A DNA stretch of 64,000 nucleotides from the NCBI GenBank assembly GCA_013265495.1, contig MU062470.1:806001-870000 (forward strand), in the 5' to 3' direction. Below are positions 12,851 to 24,237 of the stretch, in pieces (position 1 is the first letter of the stretch; every line of letters starts with the position of its first letter). The translations under genes and the position numbers were made by a program. This stretch comes from Vicugna vicugna. Lineage: Eukaryota. The notes beneath the pieces are model-generated. The model searched no databases and was not told the origin of the DNA. It was given only the letters and a program-made list of their open reading frames with translations.

Positions 12851-14963
12851 AGGCGTAAATGCATTTATTTCATTATTTAGTAATGCTCCTTTTTTTCCTC
12901 TTGCAATAAACTCATTTGGCAGAGAATAAACGCCGATAACTGTTTTAAAAGCACTGAATCCTGATACTCAGAGAGCTGCTGGTGAATCTGCACAAAATGT
13001 CCACCAGCATTTGGCACCTGCTGTGGGAACGGTGGCACCAGCAGCAACCACGCCCGCAGCAGAAACACAAACCTCCCGGCAGTGTCAACATCTGCTTCAA
13101 GATCAGCAGGGACTTTTGCAAAGACTCTGACCAAAGATGACAATCTGTCACATGATTTTGTGTTACTTTATAAAACAAGATGTGTCCCTGAGATCAAATA
13201 GCTGGCCCCTTCAATTCATTTTCAAATGTAATGTTTTGGTGAAGGTACAAAAAGTGAGCTGATGGCTATTTCATGTGTCAACTCCTTGAGCAGAATAATC
13301 TTACAAATGGTTACATGATGCAAGTCTTAAATCAGTGTCATCTGGTGATTCAAACAGAGAAGCAGTTCACTAAATTTCAAGAACAATTCTGTTTTTCTAT
13401 TTCACAGAATTAAAGTAACACTTTTGGATGTTTGTTATGTCAACAATGAAAATCCTGACATTTTTGGGAAATGCCATCATAAATTCAATGAAAACTTCAA
13501 TTTTAAAGATAAACTGTGTACGGGAGGAGGAGAGGGACAGAGGTGTGAATGTTGGTGGCGAATTGTGTCGCAGTTAACGGACGTTCTTGCTAAACCAAGG
13601 ATGCGTGAAGTACACATCAAGCATACAGAACGTCTGACTTGGAACTGACTGTGAACCATCCAAGACCACCCCCCAGAAAGCCAGGAGGCACCCGTGAGCT
13701 ACAAAAACTGACAAACATGCACTTAGAGAGCAGGATCTAAACGCGCATTTACTCCTTTCTTGCTTATCCCCGAAGTCCCACCCTGGGCCCTCACCCTCCG
13801 GGCCTCGTCCTCTGCTGTGTTTGCTCAGTGCTCCCGGCTGACTGACTTTCCCCTCCCCACAAGCTTAACGTCACACTCCGGCCCAGTCAGAACGTCTGCT
13901 CTGAACAGATGGCTTAATATTTCCAACGCGTTCACACCCTAGAAACAGCACGTGTAATGACAACAAGCACTTACGCAGTGCCGATGGTTTACACGTCTCT
14001 CCGGCCCGGTTGCAGAACACAAGTTCCCTCACCAGGGACTTCACCGGCCAACCCTTCTGCATGACTTTCCGGCAATAAATTTTGGTGTTATTGAATGCAT
14101 ACATTTATTCCTTTGACTCCTCTTTGCCAAATGCAGTTCTAACTGACCCCCTTAACCTGTGTGACCCCACTTTACAATAAACTCAGGTGCACCTCTTGGT
14201 GACTCAGAATCTGCCAGTGTCCGTGGTGGCCTCAGCCCAGTTTAACTGGAGTCACTGGGGATGGTCGGGGATCTGACTCCTGCAGAAATTCAGATGAAGT
14301 CCCAGATGGCCACGACAGAGAGCAATTTCAATGACATTTTCCCTTGATTTCTTCTTCCATCAGTGAACGTCCGGCCAGCTTCCAAATGACAAAAACAGTC
14401 TTCCAGGGGGCCTCCCTGCTCGGCTTAGATGTTGGCTAAAGAAGAAACTTGAAAGAAATTATATGTTGCATTGTGCTCGAAACTCTCACTCTTTTGTCAA
14501 ATGGATGGAAAAAAAATTCCTCCCCCAGCTCACGAGCGTTCCAACCCCGGCATCTTTTGTTGAGCGAGTGAGAAAGGTGGGTCTAGGAACTCGAGCCCAT
14601 AATTTGGCGCTAACACAATGGAGAGGGACCTGCAGCCACATAATAACTACATGTTTCAGCAGATTACACAGGAATACATGTTTTTGAATTATCAAGTTAC
14701 TTTAAATGTAATTACCACGTTACCCAACGTTCTCAGATCTCTTTGCAGCGCTCCAGAATATGAAATAATGTAATCTTTCTGCCATTACAATTCCTTTGTA
14801 ACTGGGCAGGTATCTGGCGGAGAAGTCCAGCCGCGCTGTCTGCAGTGCTACCAGGAAATGACATCCTCTCACACCGTAATTAATGGGCAAATTCCCAGGT
14901 GGTAACTAAGGTTTTGAGAATGAAAAACATGCTCACCATTAGCAAATCCCGTGAAAAGCTCAC

Positions 14964-15259
14964 AGTATCACAGACGTTAGCCCTGCAGAGCGGAGTTTCA
15001 CTGGAAGCACCACTTCCCCAGACAGTGCGTGTGCTTTGTTAAACCCTTCAGCGTCCGAGAGAGCCTGACCAGCAGAACGCGATGGAGAGGCTTCCAGATT
15101 AAGAACTGGTTTGTCAAAATCACCTTGCTTTCTTACAACGTGATTACAAAGCCCGTTCAGCACAAAAGATTTAAACTTGAAAGTTCTCAAATTACTAGAA
15201 TAAGCAAAGATTTTGCTGAAATCCAACTTCACCCATCTTGTGGTCCCAGAATACACCTC
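14964..15259 (-). other. Candidate internal exon (296 nt, one open frame)
   Basis: Acceptor CACTTTAG|G at 15261-15260 and donor ACT|GTGAGC at 14963. The frame of ORF 14960..15256 is open throughout. No family recognised. Confidence 0.18.
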
Positions 15260-15499
15260 CTAAAGTGGCATTTTAAGATTTAAAGGACATTTTTCTGCTG
15301 TGAAAGCTTGTATGAATTTGACAGCTCAAATTCTGTTTCATTTGTATTTGTATTGAAGGGTCTCTGTTGTTCCTCTGTCAGGAAAGCGCATTATCGCAGT
15401 GAAGAACTTCCAGACGTCTGACTCACACGGGTTACTTCTTGCCGGCTGGCTGGGTTGTGGGGAGGGTAGCATTGCCAGGTGAGAGCTCTGGTGCCACCA

Positions 15500-16700
15500 C
15501 AGCTGCAGGGGTCGGAAGTGTGAGGACCCCCGGCCACGGATGACACCTCGCTGCAGACAGCCATCTCATGCTTCCGGGCAGCGTCAGCAGAAACTGGGAC
15601 TCGGGGACAGATCCGCACAAACATCACCTGCACTCGGGAGCAAATTCCCCTGCTTATTTATGTCAGGACACGGGCGTCGTCTGCCTACTCACAGCAGCAC
15701 AGAGACCCCGGCCTCTGCAGGGGGAGGTCAGCGCTTCCCGTCCCTGACCGCGCGCCCTCACTCCTCGGCTCCTCTGCAGACTTTACGCTACTCGCTCCTG
15801 CGTCTGAAGAGAGAAAAGGGAATTCCAATAAATCACGGTGGCTGAGAGGCGCAGGTGGGTGGGGGACTTCTCTTAGGAAAGCACTGTCCGAGTTTGACGG
15901 GTGTCACTCATCCTTACCCACTAAAGGCTGAGCAAGTACTTCTCTTGGGGGAAAAGCGCTGACGGGGAGGCAGGCACGCTTCTAGAAGGCCCTGAAAGCA
16001 GGCGTGCCTGGAGACGCCCTCTCTCTCCGTGCGGCCACGTTGGTGATTTTAGGAGAGAGACGACACGATCCCCCGGGTCCTCGAAGCTGTGCAGCGGCTC
16101 CCCGGCGTTTTGCACCCCCGAAGCCGCCCTTCGCCCCTCTTCCTCCACTGGAGTCCTCCCCTGCGCCGCCCCCGGAGCGGGGAACGGCTCGCTGCCTGAA
16201 CAGGCTGTGACAGCCGCCCCTGCAGTCCTCCTCCCGAATCCGTGCTGAGACTTCGGGGAGGCGGGGGGCGCGCTCGTCGCACGCTTTTATCAACAGTGTC
16301 AATCTGCACTCCGAAAAGGTTACGCCAGCTTTTTCACCAGAAGTATATGAAAGTAACGACTTCCCCCCGAGCTCACCAAACCTAAGCGTCTGCAGTGACT
16401 TTCTCGGAAAACCTGGCGGGTACAGAGGTACACGCCTCGCGTCCCGATGCGCACCCGCGCCCGGGGAGCCCGCGCCTGCCGCGCTCGTCGCTGTCGGCGC
16501 CCCGCACCTCGCTCCCCGCGCCTTTCGTCTCTGCTGCTGACTCTCTGTCGCGTGGCTTCCCCCCCTTTTCCAGAGAGGCTGCACAGTGCCGTGGGCTTCG
16601 CCCCGCCGGGACCCCGACTCAGAATCACGGTCTAACTCCCGTCCCTGGCTACGCCTGTGACTTCGCTTAATCTTTCGAAGCCCCAGTTGCTTTTCTGAAA
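15500..16700 (-). promoter_or_regulatory. CpG island, probable promoter with a noncoding first exon on the minus strand (about 16600 to 16377)
   Basis: Dense CpG at 16000-16660, donor TTTG|GTGAGC at 16376, no ATG in the putative exon, and TTCTCGGAA at 16401-16409. Confidence 0.5.
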
Positions 16701-16789
16701 ACTGGGGATGTATCATACTTACGTCACAGGGTCGGAATCAGGAATAACATCTATACAGAATGGGGTTACAAAATAAGCACTGCACGCAC

Positions 16790-17510
16790 ACACGCTATTA
16801 TTTTATTGTCATTTTGTTGCACCTGAAGATCTTTCTTTATAATAAAGTAACCCTTTCTCGTATGTTTTGCAAATGTTTCTCCCAGTCCTTCAACTTTGTT
16901 CGTGGTGTCTTTTGCATTACAGATATTTGAAAGCATATTTAGCTTCATTTTATCCTTATTGTTACTGGGTTTTATGAAAAGCATAATAATTTACTCCTTT
17001 TAATAATTTTAGGGACTTTTAATGTTTCATTTAATTATGAAATATCTCAGATTATGAAGTATATATACCAGATCCTTCATAATATTGCCTCCTTAATTCT
17101 ATCAGTATCTCCTTTAATAGAGTAAGATGTTAATGTGGCTACGTAAGCTGTTTTTATATTTTCTGGTGTATAATTTTGAGTCTTTTATTTTTAACTTTTT
17201 TTAATTTTATGTTTAAATTATCATACAGTAAAATTGACTGTTTTTCCTTTGATACTGTTCTATCTGTTCTACCAACATTAATACATGTACAGATTCATGC
17301 AACCACACACTTGATATTTTAGATATTTCACAACCTGAGATACTTCACAATCAAATGAAATATTAAAATCCTTAAAATTATTCAAAAGGAGTAAATTAAT
17401 ATGCTTTGCATAAAATCTTGTCACCATAAGGAAAGAATTAAGCTATACAAATCTCCAAGTATCTGTCATGTGAGAGACACCATGAACAAAGGCAGAAAGA
17501 ATAATCTGAG
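16790..17510. mobile_element. Ancient L1M fragments (ORF2 C-terminal and 3' end pieces, both orientations)
   Basis: 16790-16990 is an antisense ORF2 end, 17185-17310 an antisense 3' end, and 17400-17510 a sense piece resembling the ORF2 'KDTINK' region. Confidence 0.5.
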
Positions 17511-17899
17511 AAAGCTCCCGGTCACCCAGCCCGAGCCCGTGCAGAGGCTCCTGGCTGGCTCCCCGGGCACGGCCGCCGTCCTGCGCTTTCCTGGTGGTTT
17601 TGTGTATTTCATGAACTCGAGTTTGCTAACCATGTGATATAAGTATTCTGCGTCCTTCATCATGTTTGTCGGCTCGACTTTTAATCACTATGCCAGGTGT
17701 ACAGCGGATTTTTAAAAAAGTCTTCTTAATTCTATTGATTTTGCTTTCTGTGTCTTACAGCTGTCTGGTGGCATGCACACCAGGGCGGGCGTCAGTTTCC
17801 TGGGGACGTGAACTGGGAGGATTTACGGTTCTGCAACGCGTCTCCCCTTCATGACTCGTCTTTGCATTAGAGCTTGTTGCTAATGGAAGCTGCTTCTGT

Positions 17900-19310
17900 G
17901 CTTTCTCACATACGACTTTGCTCCTTTCACTGTGAACTTGTTTTTGTTTTATGTGCAAGTGTGCCGATGTCGGCTGTGGGTTTTCCACAGACGCGCTTGG
18001 CAGACTGCTGCTATTTTGCTGGGCATCTTTATCTTGAAGGGCGTGCATTTTGTCAGGTGTGTGTCTTACATACGCAGAAGTCCTCTATTGCCTTATGGAA
18101 CTTCCGCCTAGTTGTCCCACCCATGGCTGACAGTGGGCTACTGAAGTCCCCAACCATTTGTGCTGAGTTGTCTGTTTCTCTCTTCATTTCTGGCAATTTT
18201 CGCTACATATATTACGGTGTTTTGTTCCTAAGTGCAGATATATTTATAACTTTATATCTTCCTGATGTATTGACTGTTTTATCATTATAAACTGTCCTTT
18301 TTATGTATGGTAACTTTTTTGTTTTAAAGTCTATTTTGTCCGATAAAAGTAAAGCCTCTTCAGATTTCTTGTGGTTGCTGCCTGCATGGTATGTCTTTTT
18401 CTATCCTTTTACTTTCAGTCTGTTTGTATCTTTGAATCTGAAGTGTGTCTCCTGACAGTAGCATGTAGTTTTATATGTGGTTTTTCTGGTGTTCAATCAA
18501 TCTCTATCTTGTGATATGATTATCCAATCCATTCACATTTAGCATCATTATTAATAAAATTGGGTTTCTGCCTGTCATTTTGCTTTTTCTTTTCTATGTG
18601 TCTCATATCTTTTTGTTCCTCCATTCCCCCTTCACTGTTTTCTTTTGCACTGAGTATTTTTCTAATGGAGCATTTTAACTTATTTAATAACTTTTAACCT
18701 ATTTTAAAAGTTATTTTTAATAGTAATTTTAGAGTTTACAATATATATCTTTATTTATCTGAATCAGCCTCTGATTTATACTAGATTAATTCAGGTGCTC
18801 TGTAGAAATGTTACCCCTATATAGCTTTATTCCCTTTTTCTCTGCTTTTTTGGTGACAATACTGCCATACATATAATATCTATTAATGTTATAAAACCGA
18901 CAATACATTGTTATAATTACTAATTTACCAGCTGTGTCATTTCTTTAGCTCCAAACAACTGTTCTCCTCTTCTGTGTTGTTACTGAAAACTGTTACACAC
19001 ATATTACACTTCTGCAGGTTCCAGGCCTGGTAACACACTATGTACATAGTATACTACACGGTTATTTTTAAAATAAAGTTAAAAGAAGAAAGAAGAAAAA
19101 TGTGCATTTCCATTGCTTCCTAATAATTACATAATTAACTTATTGGTTGGTGCTTTTTTTTTTCACATGGATTCAAATCAATGTCTCTAGTCATTTGCTT
19201 TAATCCTGAAGAACCTCCTTTAGTAGCACTTGTCAGTTAGGTGTGTCAGCAATAAATTCTCTCAATATTTGTTTATCCGAGAAAGGCTTTATTTCTCCCT
19301 TCATTTTACA
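17900..19310 (-). mobile_element. Ancient L1M fragment (ORF1 / ORF2 endonuclease region)
   Basis: Typical antisense L1M text: ctgaagtccccaacc...ttttaaagtctattttgtccgat...tcagcaataaattctctcaatatttgttt. Confidence 0.8.
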
Positions 19311-19332
19311 GTACAGTGATTCAGCAATACAT

Positions 19333-19393
19333 TATATATATGTATATATATATTCTTTGTATATATATAAATATATAAAAATATATAATATAT
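19333..19393. repeat. Imperfect (TA)n low-complexity tract
   Basis: Directly visible. Confidence 0.9.
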
Positions 19394-20228
19394 TCTTTTT
19401 CAGATTTTTTTTAACCCCAAAGTTCTTGGGTAGACAAAGTTTATTCTAGGAAGAGCAATTCACTGGGAGATAAAACCGTTTTAAAATATACATACATGTA
19501 CTGATCACTGTTTCTAAGAACAGTTTAGAGCTTTAGCTTTTTAAACTTACATAGTTATCAAAGGAATAAAGGCAACCTCAACGTAAGAATCAACAGAATA
19601 CGGTAATCCAATCACAGAGGACAGTCAGATGTGCTGACACACATTAAGATTTTAAGGCAGTCCTTACTCACATCCTCAGACTCATATTTGTTCCTTAAAC
19701 ATCAGTGGATTGTGCATCTGTTACCCCCAAAGGCCTGACCTGGGAGCTGTCATCCGGCTGAGAAGGACGGTGAGGACGTGCGGGGCAGAGCCGTGATTCA
19801 CCCAGAGCGGACTGCGCTGTAGGTGACTGGGTCAAGTGAGGGTCCTTGAGCTACTTGAAGTTTCAAGTGGACTGTAAACATTTTGTTGATAGAGCAAACT
19901 CTCTTCTACCTCCTCATTAATAATCTCTAAAATCGCTGGGGCCATAATACGCTAGTTCACTTAGAAAATCTTAATTTTAGGGAAGAATTTTTTCGGTAGG
20001 GGATAATGACGGCCAAAGAACGTGCAACCACAGGAAAACAAGTGGAGGAGGGCAGGACACAGAATCGGCGGGTGCAGAATGTTACTCCAGGTTTCATTTA
20101 GAAAAGGGAAACTATGATAAAACGTGAGTCTTATTCGGACTGAATGTCTTTAAGCATTAACAGACACTCTTCTCAGTAATGCCTTCCTTAGCCGAGAAGG
20201 AAGTCTATACATTAGAAATAAGTCTCCA

Positions 20229-20312
20229 CACGGTGCTGTGCACCAGAAATTGATGCGTGTAACCGACGGTACTTCGATAAAAATAAACAAATAAATAAAA
20301 AAAAAAAGAAGA
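20229..20312 (+). mobile_element. Ultrashort L1 3' tail with poly(A)
   Basis: tgctgtgcaccagaaattga...tacttcgataaaaa followed by an A-rich tail. Imperfect 15-bp TSD AGAAATAAGTCTCCA (20214-20228) / AGAAACAGTTCTCCA (20313-20327) after TT. Confidence 0.8.
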
Positions 20313-22049
20313 AGAAACAGTTCTCCAAAGCACACCCGTGCCCTCGGCGCCACCTCTCACTTCTAGCTATGACTCGTAGAGTCTGCCAGCTGTTTGTCAA
20401 CTGACTGAAAGAAAGCAAGCATTCGCTTTCAAACATAAATTCTCTCTAAGGCATAAAAGAACACATTTTTAAAATCAATCCTAGAGAATACTTACCCTGC
20501 TCTCAGGCTAGGAAACCGCTAGCCCCATTCTCCGTAAGCCCTGAGCAAGCTTTAGTCTCCTTGTTCAATCGTGCACTAAGCTCACATGACAGCTAACATT
20601 TCAGAAGACTATGTCATGATTTCTTTAACGTTAGCTTTTAATTTTCCTTCAAATTCTTTATTTCTTCTAAATTGGAAACTTCTTAATTATTTCTGCTTCC
20701 TTGTTTCCAATATCAGAATCCACACTAATTAATCACCCTTTTTTTTACAAGGCCCCAGAGCATAAATTTAAAAGTATACACAATTGTTCTTAACCTAAAG
20801 GAGTTATAATCTAAAAAGACAAAGGTGGAGTAAGGTAACCATATCAGGAATATGTAATTATCATAAAATAGGAGATATCTTATTAAATTTCTGGAGGAAA
20901 TGGATTGTGTGCATATTATATACACAAATATATTTTCAAAGGAGTAGTTTAGTGATTTTAACAAGAGACAGAAGGAAAGGGGGCTGAAACTCTTAACTTC
21001 CAATTGGATCCTAACAACTTCTGCTTAAAGACCTCCGGGGAGTCCCCAGGCAGGCAGTAACGTGATATGTCTTCGCTGAAGGCTGGCAGTGGCCAGACTG
21101 GCTGGGTTTACACCCCTGGCCGTTCAGGGAGGAGCCCCCCCCCCCCACAGCCAGGACTAAAAGCCCACAGCAGCTGTGTTCATCGCCCACCTCGCTGCTA
21201 TTCATTTCAACCAGAAATTCCGCCTTGGCTGCCTTGAGAGGCTCAGGGAGCCTATGTCACAGAAGCACTTCCCCAGGAGTCCTGGTTTTGCTATTAAGAA
21301 ACCCAAGCCTGCGATTAAACAGCCTTGCCCTGCTCTGCTCGAGATGAGCCCTACCCCCCACGTAGATACAGCCCCGCCTCGTGAGCTCATCGCTGGTGTC
21401 CGATACAAGATGTCCCTCGACACACTTGCCACTACGAAGTATTTCAGGAATTAAGCGGTTAAAGTGAAAAACACATCAAATCTCACTCACTGTGAGACGC
21501 GGTATGATTGGGGCGACTTGCTGTGTTCTGGGTTCTGTCACTGTCGTTACAAGTCAGGCGGGTGCTGGAATGTTTGGGAACTTCATTCGAATGTTTCCTT
21601 TAATTAATTCAGGAGCTCACCACGCCCTGCCTGGGACGTCTGAGATGGTGGCAGACACAGAGTTCGAGAGAAGAGGGAACAATCTCCGAGCCATCTGGCA
21701 AACGGTGCAACCCTGTGCCAGGGCCCAGGCTGCCTCTTTGGGAGCAACTGATGACAGAATCCAACTGGAGCTCAGTTTTGCACCGAATGCCACTCTGCTT
21801 GAACAGTGTGTGCACACAGCTGCAATTTAACCTGGTGCTTCTGCCAGAATCGGTCTCTTTTCATAAGCTAAGCCTTTTCAAAGTTCATGAGCAAAAGAAT
21901 AACTGTAAGACTATAAGCCTCGGAGGAAATAAAAATACACATACATGCACCTATGTCCCCACTGTGTTGAGTCCACCTGAGATACCAACCTCTAGCTTCT
22001 CCCTAACGCCGACCCATTCTTGTCAATATTTCAAGGCATCAGAAGGAAA

Positions 22050-22485
22050 GTACCAGTTCTGCACTGACTGACCCCAGTAACAAACAAGCCCACCTCACAG
22101 TGGCTCAACACGGTCACAGTTCACTTTCACTCACAAGCATCCAGGGCAGACGTCCCACTTTGGGTGGGGTTCGTGGACAACTTCTGCCACGAGATGACTC
22201 GGACATCCAGGCTACTTCCATCGAAGATTCTGCCAACCCTGACTTGGGAGGCCGGAGGGGCCCTGAAGCCCTCCCCCAGACCTTTAGCACAAGCTCGTCC
22301 ACTATGCGAACAGACAGCTGGGAAGACCCCGATGGCCAGCCCTCGGCGTGGCACGCATGGTGGTGGCCCACACTCGTCGGCCAGGACTCAGTCACATGGC
22401 CCCTTTGGCCACAAGGAGACCGGAAGTGCAGGTGGCCGTGTGTCCAGGAAGAAGAGGAAATGACCGCTGAGCACGGAGCAGAGGT
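22050..22485 (-). mobile_element. MaLR LTR (MLT1K/L-like)
   Basis: gatgactcggacatccaggctacttccatc and ccaggactcagtcacatggccc motifs. Confidence 0.7.
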
Positions 22486-23344
22486 TCTAGCACTAGTAAC
22501 TTGCTAGCGCTCAGTTACAGGTGAAAACGCTGTCGCTGCTCCGTCTCCGAATAGCTGTTCTCTTCACAAGCTTCCTGTTCATCTAAGCCCTTTCCTTTGA
22601 GACTTGGTTAAGCTTAAGGGAAGAAAGCGGCCCTGTTGCTGGCGTTGTACCATGCACTCTGAAAGCAGAACTCTCGGGACGCAAGGGCGGTCCTAGCAGA
22701 CCCTCGGGCAACCCCCCAGAGCCCTGATGTCCACACGCCCCTGAGAGCGGGCGCTCCCGCAGGGGCACACCCGCGCTGCCTTTCTGGCCACTTCGTGTTG
22801 GTTCCCATTTCTCTTATTTGTGAATGTGCTCACTTACTTTTCATCGGTAAGAAGCAATCTAAACTAGCCCTCAGTAATTTCGAAATCCCTGGAAGACTGA
22901 GTGTTTCCTCAGCAAACTGGCAGCTACGACTGGACACGAGTTTCCTCGCTATTGTCATCCTAAGGCTGCACTGGAGAAGGGCACCCGACTGCTGATGACT
23001 GCCTTGAGAGGCAAGTGTCTGGGTGTCAACGCCAGCCCGAAGAAGTCCCCTAGAGAAGTGACCTTTTTATGCCCTTGTCTCTCTTCTCGCTCTTTTTTCT
23101 TTCTGAGAACCCCCGAATGGTGACACGCCAGCGTCAGTGGAAGCGTGAACATTACCACATGTCATCCATCTTTATCGTCACTGACATCTGAGAATGAGCA
23201 AATTCACGTGAGTAAAGCAGTGATGATAGGGAAACATTATTCTGTTCGTCATGTGGTAAAAATTGTCAGAAATGGATCATTCTCAAATATTTTATTAAGA
23301 GAATTGTGAAATAGTGGATAATGTCAAAAATAGCAACATACATC

Positions 23345-23562
23345 CCATGTACAACAGCCGAGTGAATGCGGAGGTGAGCTGTGGTCCTTGCGTTGTTCCG
23401 ACGCATCGGTGTCGGTGCATCCTCGGTGAAACAGGCACCGTTCCGGTGAGTGACGCCGACAATGGCTGTGGCTGCGCCCAGATGGGAGGTGGGGTATGTG
23501 GAAGTCTCTTTGCCTTTCCCTCAATTTTGCTGTAAACCTAAAACTGCTCTAAAATATAAAGA
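23345..23562 (+). mobile_element. L1MC-like 3' end
   Basis: Ends in ctcaattttgctgtaaacctaaaactgctctaaaatataaag, the characteristic terminus. Confidence 0.8.
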
Positions 23563-24082
23563 CATCTTTAAAAATCCTAAATAACTGTATATAAACAGGA
23601 TGTGTGCCAAGAATATTCACCATAAACTTAAAAAAAATACAGCTGTATTTTATCGAAGAATTTAGTTGATAACTTTCTCTTTGCAAATGAAAAAATACTA
23701 TTTGGAGACTGAATAAATCACAACTGTTTGGAAGTACTTTTAGTGGCACCTGAAAAAGATTAGATTTCTCTAAACGTTAAATACAGCATTCACGTTAAAT
23801 TAGCAAGAAGTAAAACTCAAGCTGCTTTTGATAAAATGTTGCAATGCAGTAACAAATTAAATTGGATTTGTAAGTTGGTTATTAAAACGGAAAACAAAAC
23901 CTCAGCAAACATCCAGAAAGAGCAGAGCAGACAGTAGTAACTTATTAAAAGAGAAAAAGAGAAGAAAAGGAAAGGAAAAGAAAGAAAAACCTTAACAATG
24001 GATCAGTTGCTTCAGTGGAGGACATGTTGTCTTACACCTTCAACGCGTTTCTACGCTGGACTGAAAACAGTGGCGGCTTTCA

Positions 24083-24237
24083 GTGACCCCCCCGTGACAG
24101 CTCTCGGTGACCCCCCCCCGTGACGACTCGTGGTGACCCCCCCATGTGACGACTCTCGGTGATCCATCCCCCTGTGACGACTCTTGGTGACCCATCCCCC
24201 CATGACAACTCGCGGTGACGCCCCTGTGATGACTCAC
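24083..24237. repeat. Minisatellite, about 6 copies of a 24-28 bp unit (GGTGAC-C(n)-GTGACGACTCTC)
   Basis: Directly visible tandem units with a variable C-run. Confidence 0.9.

Noticed and set aside
12877-13178. Protein-like minus ORFs
   Set aside because: No convincing splice sites or start context, and no family recognised.
16681-16708. CCCCAGTT...AACTGGGG hairpin
   Set aside because: An 8-bp stem is expected by chance in 64 kb and has no supporting context.
15982-16716. 244-aa minus ORF
   Set aside because: Reads through a CpG island and a likely splice donor. Composition is as expected by chance.
17874-18290. 138-aa hydrophobic ORF
   Set aside because: Antisense read of an old L1 fragment.
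24083-24237. CRISPR-like repeat (also the 29521-29713 array)
   Set aside because: No unique spacers, mammalian context, and no cas genes.
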